Assembly (NCBI RefSeq): GCF_006345805.1
Contig: NC_043000.1
Coordinates: forward strand, 130,324,001 to 130,388,000
DNA: 64,000 nt
DNA from: Octopus sinensis
Taxonomy: Eukaryota
Direction of reading: 5' to 3'
Position numbers and translations under genes: made by a program. The notes below the pieces were generated by a model. The model was not told the DNA's origin, did not search any database, and was given only the letters and a program-made list of their open reading frames with translations. This document shows, one piece after another, positions 53,765-64,000 of the stretch (within the stretch, counting starts at the first letter, position 1; every line of letters begins with the position of its first letter).

Positions 53765-54980
53765 TCTTATATATAAATGCCAATTTCTGTCTGTCTGTTT
53801 GTTACTGCCTAAACCAGGGAACTAACCTTCAACAAACTTTGCATACATGAAAAACTAACTTCCAATTCAATATTAGGCGAATTGGATTTCAATAAAAATT
53901 TATAGTGTACCCCATAGGGTGGGTGTGTGAATTATATGATAAAGTGAGAAAGTTGCAACGTGTAGCAGTCTGAAGGAATTATGGTGACAGAGTGAAGGTT
54001 ACTGATATCACGTAAGGGAAGAAAAGTGTTGTCTTAGCGACAACTGTGGAGCGGCAATGCGCATCTCATTACGTTAATACAGCTGTCATATACACGCGAT
54101 GCTGCATACATACTTTCGTAAACACATAGATACATGCATACACGCACGCACACACGCACACACATGCACATAAGTAAATTTTAAAGCACTCAAGAAGGGT
54201 AAAATGTGGATGTGAGGAATACGTAGTTTTAAGGAAAGAACAGGTAGGTAGCTTTTCTGATGTACATCGTAAAGAAACACTTGCACGCTGACACACACAC
54301 ACACATACATACATATATATACATAAGTACATACATACGTAAATACACACGTACATATACATAAGTACATGCATACATACGTCTACCATACACCATTTTA
54401 AACTCGTGATTATCTGTGTGTACGCTTGTAAATTTGTGTGACGTCTTATAACTGTCTGTCTATACTTTTGTATGGTCTTCCCTTTGCTGTCACATATTGT
54501 GAGATTAAAATCACGTCAAAATTTACGAATTCGCTATTTTCCACGTAAAATCCGATTTTCTTATTAATTTGTTCCAGAAAAGGTAATTGAGGTTTAATGT
54601 TTAATCATTTTTATCTAATCAGAAAACAGAATTTTGAAGCTGGCATTTTCTGCATGATAGCTGTCTATCACAAAATGAAAGCAAAATCATTAGGAGGTGG
54701 AAGTTTTATTAAACAGACGAAACCAAAGTCGTAAGAACTTCTGAAGTTTTAATAAGTTTTAATATATGAAGTCATGTGAAACGGTTGAATAAGCATGTAA
54801 ATAATTTCAAAAGGTGAAAAAAAATCCTGAACGAATTTTTTCGCAAAAAAACTGCACAAATCTCTTCTGAACAAGAGGCGTCTCTGTCGGGAAAGGCATA
54901 TTCTGACATGGAATAAACAAAAATTTATATAAGACATTTGATTGTAATAATTGCCCCGCAACGACGGGCTAGTCAACTAG
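53765..54980 (+). mobile_element. Non-autonomous Helitron
   Basis: A/TCTTATATATAAA...(CTGT)n 5' end; hairpin CCCGCAACGACGGG then CTAG/T at 54977-54981. Confidence 0.7.
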
Positions 54981-55107
54981 TGTATATATATATATATATA
55001 TGCACTAGTTGACTAGCCCGTCGTTGATATATAATACTGTAAACTTCGATTGATATATATATATATATATATATATATCAATCGAAGTGTACAGTATTAT
55101 ATATCAA
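54959..55107. repeat. Two abutting palindromes, each centred on (TA)n
   Basis: 54959-55026 and 55024-55107; each has about one arm mismatch. Confidence 0.9.
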
Positions 55108-55111
55108 TCAC

Positions 55112-55203
55112 GGCCGATCTTACCAATCAGTTTCGCGATAGGGTTTTAACGGAGTATTACATAACAGTCTGATTATGTAACTCTGCGCTCTTCAGAGGTA
55201 GCC
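55112..55203 (-). ncRNA. Type I hammerhead ribozyme with long stem II, second family
   Basis: Minus strand GGCUACCU-CUGAAGA-GCG[...UUACAUAA/UUAUGUAA hairpin...]CGC-GAAA-CUGAUUGG-UA/AGAUCGGCC; helix I has one mismatch and one bulge; predicted cleavage between 55121 and 55120. Confidence 0.7.
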
Positions 55204-56264
55204 GTTATGGAATGAAATATGGCGACCGTGCTCTTTTTTCGGAGGTGAATAGACACATCCAGTTTTTGATCGCTGTGAAAAAGATGATGAGGCGAATCGA
55301 GCAGTCATGTGTTATGTTCCTTGGTGTCAAAACATCATCTCAAATTTTGATTTCACTAATATGAAGGAAAGACTTATTCAAAGGCTAAAGAAAGCTTAAT
55401 TGTTATTTGGGTTTCTTAAATCATCCTCTATTGATCATCCTGGGTTCGTTATTCTTCGCTGATCACGATATTAAAGGCTATATTACAAACAGCATATATA
55501 GCATATAGTCGGAACATGAAGTGTTGTCTGCGACTAAATAATGTAGGGACAGTGTGAAAATGTATGAAGGAAAATTACAATAAAAATGATGTTTAAAATA
55601 CCTGAAACTTTAACAACGAAAAAAGGAAAAGTGTAAGTAAAAAAAATAATAAGAGAAAAAGTAAAATCTAGTACGAAGTAACAAAAGAAAAATACATTAA
55701 AATAAATAGGAAAATGTTGATGGAAGAAGACATATAACTGACACATTTACACGTTTTGTACGTATTCACGAGCACTTACGAACATCTACATAAATCGATA
55801 TTTTATTACGTAATAAAATACAATCTGCTTTAACAGCAGAATCTAACATGAAATAAAGTACAACAAAAAGCAATGCAGTATATTACAGCATAATGTAATA
55901 CAAAGTGTGATTTAAAATAATGTGAAAATATTACACCCTTTTTCTATTTTGCTCTCTTACGTGATTCATCCTAAAGACTGTGGCTATTCTGGGATACTGA
56001 AGGAAAGGGCTTAACAGTTAACGGCTGCTTGGAACTGTATGTAAATCTGTGTTTATTCAACCTTCTCCAGTCAAGTTTTAACCATAATTTGTCCTCCAAT
56101 ATTATTTTAGTACTTTATACATTTGATTAATTAGCAGAGTGCACATGGATTCATACATTGATACTATGTGGGCTAAGATCCGCGTTGACAGGCCACTGTT
56201 ATTTATAGAGTGTTAAACACTCTCGGTATGGAAATTAGGGACTCTGGAGCCTGTCAAAATGATG

Positions 56265-56318
56265 TGGACGCCTCTGATGAGAACCCAATAAGGTTCGAAA
56301 ATCGATTAAGGTTGTTCA
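56265..56318 (+). ncRNA. Type I hammerhead ribozyme
   Basis: UGGACGCCU-CUGAUGA-GAACC(CAAUAA)GGUUC-GAAA-AUCGAU-UA/AGGUUGUUCA; ~9-bp helix I with one bulge; perfect AAUCGAUU palindrome; predicted cleavage after 56308. Confidence 0.85.
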
Positions 56319-56439
56319 TATTAAGTCTGCGGGAAAATGGCTAAAATTTGCCCTGTTTATAATTATACCTTATGTTACATAATATATTATGTTCCTTCTT
56401 TCTCTTGTTCTTCGAATTTATTATCAATCTACAAAGACC

Positions 56440-58200
56440 CTGCTTCTCGACTAGAAGTAAGACTCTCCGATGGTATGGTTAATTTTCACGATGCGAATGA
56501 TATTAGTAGTTGACCCCTATTTAGACATATATCATTACGTGTCATTCATACTCTATCCATGCAGAGTTATTAAATCTCACTAATAAAAATTGAGATGCTT
56601 TAGCCAACAACTTGTAATAAACTTTGGGTGAGGATTTTGGTTTTTCATTTGAGGTGTGTTTCTAGTACTGCACCGTCGATTTCGTAAAGACTTCGTTAAA
56701 TATGTTTGCAGTATCTCTGTTCTAATTCGTGTGTCCATTCAACTTTGTCGTTGAATTTATCATTCCTTTGCCGCCATATTGATCTCCAGTAGCTTTCAAC
56801 TTGTTCTGTTGATGAGATATTTTTACTGATATTGTTTTATTTTTGTCCAAAGCACGATAGATTGATTTGGGATCTCTAGCAAACAATTTATTCAGTGTTT
56901 CCTGTTTATACTTGGCGAATTTATATTTTAAGTTCTCAGCTGCAGCTGTTAATTCCTTGTTCAACTGATGAAATATGGCTTTTCAATTCTCATATTGCTT
57001 TCCTTTGTCTATGTTTTAACCTTTTCCGATTTTTCGTCAATTCATTGATAGTTGTCGCAAATATAGCTATGATAATTTGCAGGATAATTCTTCGAAGAAA
57101 CAGAATCTTAATTTTCAAACTGAGAGTCTCTAGTTTTGTCATGAAGTTCCAGTTTGTCGAGAAAGGATAGGCATGTTATTGTTCACACAGATATCAAGAA
57201 ATATATAGTATTGTACGTGAATTCTAACTAAAGAGGCATTGGGTAGTTTCATTTACTAATTCCAGTTCCAATTTAGATGATACTTTTCATGCTCGTTTTA
57301 AATATCTGTCTTTAAAATTAATGCTTTAAACCCATTCAGCATATCAATCCCGTTCCAATTTTAGAGAAATAAAAATATTTCGCTATTCCGCTATTCGTTC
57401 GAGAATGCTATCATTCGTCTGTTTCTGTACAATGGCAGACTGAGTATTTCTATGTGATTGTACATTGTTGTTCGTAGTGGTGGGGTTGGTCTTGAATGCT
57501 CTGTGACGGTCTAATATGGGAGATGCTCGCTGACTAATACACATGTCCAGGTCTACGCTGTTGCCAACATTGATATTGCGGTCTTAGATGAGTTTTCTTT
57601 TTCTTGGTGTTTTGCGTTGAATGTTATGGTTAAGTTATGAGTAACAAATTACTTAGCGTTTAATTATATGCTTTATTTATTTCTTTAGAAAGCCATGAAA
57701 TAAAATTGATGATTTGCTATTAGTCGAAGCTGTTGAAGTGATGGAAGGGAAGCAAGAAGAGACCCGTCCGTTGGTGGATACTGACGACAAGGGGGATCAA
57801 TGTTTGTTGGTCGCTGCGAAAGTGATGGTGAAATATTAATACACGGTGCAGAATGGGGCCGAACCAAGAGAGGTAAACTGTAAGAAAACAGCTGTTTATA
57901 TATTGATACAATGCAGGTAACTTAACAGAATGTACAAATCTATATATGAGCTTATTTTTAGCCAGTTTTGGTGAAGGTGATGTCAAAATCAATATAATCA
58001 GTTTATCATCACCTGGATGAAGGGTTTTTAAATCTTATTGTGAAACCCTATATCTTACTCTTGTAGGAAATAATCTTGTCTCAAGCATTTCCAGGTGTTG
58101 ACAATCTATTTGCTATTCCCTGGAGAAATGTGTTGTAATATGAGTTTGAAGTTGAACATTGCTGATAGTGTGTTTCTTACATTATATAAATGGACAGTAT
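56440..58200 (-). mobile_element. Heavily decayed R4/Dong-like element, region upstream of RT
   Basis: Minus strand KYKQETLNKLFARDPKSIYRAL (cf. QNRLF..NQK.FYR.L) and CWLKHL (cf. NYWLKKL); the upper boundary is uncertain. Confidence 0.55.
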
Positions 58201-58953
58201 AGCGATTGTTTTTGTTGTTTTTTTCTCTTCAGAGTGGCTGAAGGGTTTTTTGGTGCGGAGGTGGGGTGGTTAACTTCTGTTAATGACCCCTACAATTATT
58301 CACTTAATATTTTGTTTAGTTTGAAGAGACCACCTTAGTGGGACTGACTACACCATATGAGGGGCTCTGTAAATATAGGGGACAGAGGGATGATGGCAAC
58401 TGGATCGCTGGCCTAGAAAGGTTCCAAGAGTACATCTTGCTGACTGTACTGGCCTTGTGGCCGATGTGTGTACTCCAGATTGGTTTAATATTTCACAGTT
58501 CCGAATTAGCTTCTGTTGTTGATATCTGCTTGTAGGAAGATAATATGGCTGTTTTGCACAAAATATTTGTCCCGCAAACGTTTTAGACATTGCATAAATT
58601 GAAAGAATTGAGACACATATTGTGCGCATAGATCATTTAGCTGTTCAGTAATTTGGTTATTTCAATGTGTATTGTGAGTACAATCATGATTAAGACCAAA
58701 GAGACTGGTATGTTTCGTCATCATCATCCATCTATCAATCCACTTTCGACTTAATACTAAGTAGATAACATTCTTCATTAAAAGTTCCGACAAATTGGTG
58801 CTACGATTAAATTTTGATGTTATTAACGGTTTAGATTTTCTTTCTTTCCAGATGTTTTCAACACAAGTATCGCTTGCTAGTTTATGTAAATATGTACGTT
58901 TCTGTGTAGATGCTTATGTAGAATATTCGTATTTAATTACGCACGCACACACA

Positions 58954-58992
<39 letters not shown>

Positions 58993-59052
58993 TATATATA
59001 TATATATATTATATATATATATATATATATATGGAATATATAATACCTATAT

Positions 59053-59094
<42 letters not shown>

Positions 59095-59902
59095 ATATAT
59101 ATGTATATACATATACACACATGATATATGATATATAAGTATGTATGTGATATATATGATGCATAATCATATCTATCTATATATATTATATTTTACTAGT
59201 TTCAACAATTTTAATTACAGGTACCCTATAGTGCTATAGCTAACAATTTCTGTGCTGAACTGCTAAGTTACCGGATACAAACAAACCAGCACCGGTTGTC
59301 AGGCAGCAGTGAAGGACAAACACAGATACAATCATACACACGTATGATAATTCGAGTAAAGAATTGTGTTATTGCATTAGATAAAAACATTTTTCACTTT
59401 GTATTTCATTTTGCATTGTTTTGGTCTTAACAAAAAGTTTTATCTATGATATATATATATATATATATATTAAATACACCTGCAGATACATATATACATA
59501 CTTAGATGCGTACACATCTATCTATGCAGATATGAAGGCATATATGTGTGTGATATCTCAGCTGAGAAGCAGGTCACCTGTTGTTCCTTTAAATGTTTAC
59601 AATATATATGTGTAATCTACATATTAAACATATTGCAACGTATTTCGTCTCTTCTGCAACAGCAGCAGACTGATTACATTATATCTATGAAGGTTTATGT
59701 AGTTTAGCCAATTACTAACCAACTGATATTTATGAACACTTTGCTATTTAGTGAAAATGTTAAATACGTATTTCTAACCCATCTGCATGATACTTATATA
59801 AAAACTGCGATATTAAAACATGAACATATGATTACATTGTCTGTTCCGTAGTTTATCTCTAGTGTGAGAAAAGGAGCCCGTATTATATTCTTTTCTACTC
59901 TA

Positions 59903-60499
59903 GGCACAAGGCCAGAAATTTGGTGGAGGGGGCCAGTCGATTAGATCGACCCCAGTACGCAACTGGTACTTAATTTATCTACCCTGAAAGGCAAAGTTGA
60001 CCTCGGCGGAATTTGAACTCACAATGTAAAGACAGACGGAATACCTATTTCTTTACTACCCACAAGGAGCTAAACACAGAAGGGACAAACAAGGACAGAC
60101 AAACGGATTAAGTCGATCATATCGACCCCAGTGCGTAACTGGTACTTATTTAATAGACCCCGAAAGGATGAAAGGCAAAGTCAACCTCGGCGGACTTTGA
60201 ACTCAGAACGTAGCGACAGACGAAATACTGCTGAGCATTTCGCCCGACGTGCTAACGATCCTGCCAGCTCGCCGCCTTTATTTTCACGATGCGAATGATA
60301 TTAGTAGTTGACCCCTATTTAGATATATATCATTACGTGTCATTCATACTCTGTCCATGCAGAGTTATTTAATCTCACTAATAAAGATTGAAATGCTTTA
60401 GCCAACAAATTGTAATAAACTTTGGGTGAGGATTTTGCGGGACGAAATACCGTTAAGCATTTCGCCCGGTGTGCTGACGTTTCTGCCAGCTCGCCGCCT
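59903..60499 (-). mobile_element. SINE family A dimer, 158-bp local copy and extra SINE head
   Basis: Headless unit 59903-60045, full unit 60046-60279, insert 60280-60437 (copy of 56482-56639), head 60437-60499. Confidence 0.85.
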
Positions 60500-61203
60500 C
60501 TCGTATTATATTAGTATTGAATATATACGACTAAAACGGAACTTGGATGTGAACGCTGAACATCCCACACTCCATGAAAAAGAACTTATTGGATTATGTG
60601 TCTCTTTGTGCATTGCATCCAGGGAAATAAACAGGTGGTCATGGCTGAGATGTATTTTATTTTAAGCTTGCTTGATCAAAGTTTACCATGGGTTACACAA
60701 CAACAAGAATTAAATCGATACTCTTTTCTTACAGAGAAAATTAATTCTGAGTCGAATCTAAGATTATTACTGCTCAAGGAATTGTTACAATAGGCTGATT
60801 GTAGTAACGGAAAAATAGGATGTTACTAGACACCAAACCAAGCTGATTAGTATTCTCTATATGCAGTTAATGAATGAAGACATGGTAATGAAATCATTTA
60901 GAATATTCTGGTAATATTTTCTTTGTATTCAGTCGCCATAGGAAACAGTGTGTGAGCGAGATGTACCTGGTCGCTGGACTTATTAGAAATACTTGCAAAA
61001 ACTCTCTCGAACCACACATTATTGTTTAAAGAGAAGGAAACATTGATGATGTAGTTCTAGATACGCTATTACTAAAAACAACAGTGTAGTCATATCTGGA
61101 AATGATTCACCGGAGAGTATGTAAAACATGGCTAATACAACAAGGAAATCTCACAACGTTTACAAATAGCTAACAGTATATCTGCGAAGAAATTATTGAA
61201 GTT

Positions 61204-61478
61204 GTATTTAGGGATGGCCATGTTGTCAGTTTAGCCAATAAAAACACACGCACTATATATTTGGTGTTAATTTGCTTCAGCTTTATTTTATTTTTTACAT
61301 TAATCTTATTTCGGCCAGGGTTCTTTCGTCACACTTCTGTGACCTCATCAGTGGTCTTTTGCTTTCTTCTTTCTTATTTATGTGTCTCTCCTTACTAACG
61401 ATCAGCCATTTTGAAGCAAATTAATACCAAATATATAGTGAGTGTGGCTAAACTGGCAACATGACCGTCCCTAAATAC
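61204..61478 (-). mobile_element. IR-flanked cassette carrying a hammerhead motif
   Basis: ~70-bp imperfect terminal IRs (GTATTTAGGGA...TTTGCTTCA / TGAAGCAAA...TCCCTAAATAC); internal minus-strand CCA-CUGAUGA-G-GUCAC(AGAAGU)GUGAC-GAAA-GAAC-CC-UGG at 61315-61354 (U16.1->C). Confidence 0.7.
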
Positions 61479-62801
61479 AACAATATCTGTTTCAACACAT
61501 GATTTTACATCAAGAATCTTGCAAAACAAATATATAAACGTAATTATTGAAGTAATATCCAGCAATAAATAACAAAATTTCAATAAAAATATGGCTTTTC
61601 TTATGCTCAAATATTTATACTTAATGTATTGAATGAAGGTGATATATTTTTATATACGTATCATGCGATTATAAGAATGTTGTTGTCACTGAGTGACAGC
61701 GTGTCTACAATTACAAGTATCAGGAAATTTATATGTGTTTACAACTGTTTATTTACTTTATAATATTTATGGTGTGTAAATAAAATGAGGTATTTTCTGC
61801 TCACCAAAATCGTGACATTCTTTTTATTTATATTTCCGTACATCTCACGAATATCCGTGCTTGCATACTAAAACGACATAAATAGTTGGTCTGGACAATG
61901 ATGTACATGTTCCAGACAAATTGAAATTTTGGAAAGAGTATAAATTAATAATTATCGAATAAATGACTTATACACTCAGCCACACAGTAAGATTGATTCG
62001 AGTATTATGCTTTATCCAAAATGAATTCAGATTTCTTCCAGAAAGGGTGAAATTCGAAATCCGATGAGAGTAGTGATAGTGTGTATCAGCAGAAAAGGTT
62101 CCAAAAACTAGATGACTTTCGCAGGTGCCAATCAATTTAGTTGTTCTAAGGAATGGAAAAAGTCGATATTTTGGATACACGAAAGTAGAAATGCTTGCCT
62201 CCAAAACATTACTTTCTTTTATCCTCGCGGCAACCACATTCATTGGCGCGAAGAAAATCTCTTGAATTTAATGCTAATAACGTTAAGATAGCTATATTTT
62301 TTTATAGTTTTCCTCTGGTTCGCCACCGTCCGATGCTCTATTATGCTTTTGTTGCGTACACTTACGTGAGTTTAATGCTGCAGTTATATGGTACATAGAT
62401 AGTTAGTAAACTACTAAATGCAGACCAATTGTGTATATCATGCACGCTATTTGAAACTCATTTAGAACACACGAATAGATTTATCAGTCAAGGCAGAACA
62501 TAGCTATTAACAAAGTAGTTTCAGTCACGACCGTCATCTTTTTGATGTATTTAGGTCTGATATTATCTGATGCATACTTCTACCATTTATGAAAGTGTGG
62601 TGAGATTGGAGGGAAGTGTAACTGTAACATGTTAACGTTTGAACGAGCGGCCAGAGGAACTTTGCTGGATCGCTTCTGACCTGCAAGGACTAAACTCTGT
62701 TTTATTAATATCTGACGACTCGGTCATGTTTATACACGTTCCGTTCTCCAAACAACGACTGCATGTAACGTCTATATGGGAACATAGTTTCATATTTATA
62801 A

Positions 62802-62836
<35 letters not shown>

Positions 62837-63660
62837 AATACGCATTACTTTTCTAAATATCTTTTTAATATGCTTATGAGAAAATGTGAAAAACAATGTC
62901 TGACTTTTGCTTCACAGGGATTGTAAATAAATAACGAACCAATAGTGGTTGTCAAGTGGTGGCGTAGACGAATTGCAAGCACGTACACACACACATACAC
63001 ACACACACACATCGTTATTCACTTTAATATTTACGATCGTTATTCACTTTAATATACATTAAAATATGTACATTATTAAACCGACAGACGTAGATTAGCT
63101 AGCAATACCATCGTGAATAAAACATTATTACAGTGATTTGGAAGGAAAGCAGGCAAAGAAATAATAAACGTCTTCTTGATTTACCATTAATCAAGTAACA
63201 AGCAAAAAGGAATGCACAGCAATTTTAAAAGAGCCATAAATAAAACAAAACTCATACTGGGCCTCATTATAAATTATAGCTAATCTTATTCAACGCACGT
63301 ATGCTTTCATATTGGATCTGTTTCCTCTATAAATGCACTTCATTGTTCAGAGTAGAATTCTTCCTGACTTTCTTCAGGGCTGTTAATCATTCTTAATACC
63401 ATTTTCTATCATTTCTTTCTTGCAGTACACTGCAAAGGAGCGTTAAAGTTAGCCGCCATGCTTAGCCGACTGATGAAGTGCAAATACTTTTTCTTACTCT
63501 CTCTCTCTCTCTCACACGCACATAGACCATATACAAAAGCATTTCTGCAAAATTAGATATTCTTTTGCTCAAGCTGAAAAAAATATATTCGTGAGTTAAG
63601 AAGTATATGAAAGCCGTAGTCTGAAATACAGTCCTTTATTAATATAACTTGATATACATG

Positions 63661-63716
<56 letters not shown>

Positions 63717-64000
63717 ATATACATGTGTGTGTGTGTGTGTGTATTAGATAGGTTTCAAATCAAATCTTGCGCTATTTCCATTTTCTGAATAGTATAAATC
63801 CCTTTGATAAAAATATCAATGTTACGCAATCCCAATTGCCATTCCATAAGGATTTGAGATATCATTCTTATCTACAAAATCAATATTACAATTCATATCA
63901 AGCTATACATATCTTATCAACCATGAACACACCTTTCGCATGTAAACCTTTAAACCTTTAGATTATAATAAAAGTATCTCAATCTACAAAGCTACAGTCA

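Noticed and set aside
58200-58700. HDV-like ribozyme upstream of the R4-like remnant
   Set aside because: I looked because R2/R4-type 5' ends can carry one, but could not build the nested double pseudoknot by eye.
61968-62243. 91-aa minus-strand ORF in unique sequence
   Set aside because: No recognisable motif or convincing splice context; within the length expected by chance.

Overview
AT-rich, microsatellite-saturated eukaryotic DNA. The SINE families and repeat landscape match what I recognise as octopod cephalopod (Octopus-like) intronic or intergenic sequence; the species assignment is inference. I cannot support any intact host protein-coding gene, and almost all ORF-track entries are microsatellite or SINE translations. 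Recognisable content: at least four tRNA-derived SINE families; a full-length decayed mariner (DD34D, 45886-47127); a decayed maT/DD37D-like Tc1/mariner (18118-19341); an internally deleted Helitron with six 23-aa STPR-like repeats (35657-37524) plus four non-autonomous Helitrons; and fragments of CR1, R4/Dong-like and Penelope-like (RT + GIY-YIG) retroelements. The most striking signal, found by manual folding, is about 17 type I hammerhead ribozyme motifs from at least 7 unrelated sequence families. Eight keep the full catalytic core, and the better-preserved ones have a self-complementary helix III. They sit in short non-coding elements arranged as a tandem pair (597-nt spacing at 44.2/44.8 kb), head-to-head palindromes (10.1 kb, 17.5-17.9 kb) or IR-flanked cassettes, and two families have unusually long stem II domains. 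This looks like a Penelope-pLTR/retrozyme-like ribozyme system. Several local templated duplications and inversions are also visible.
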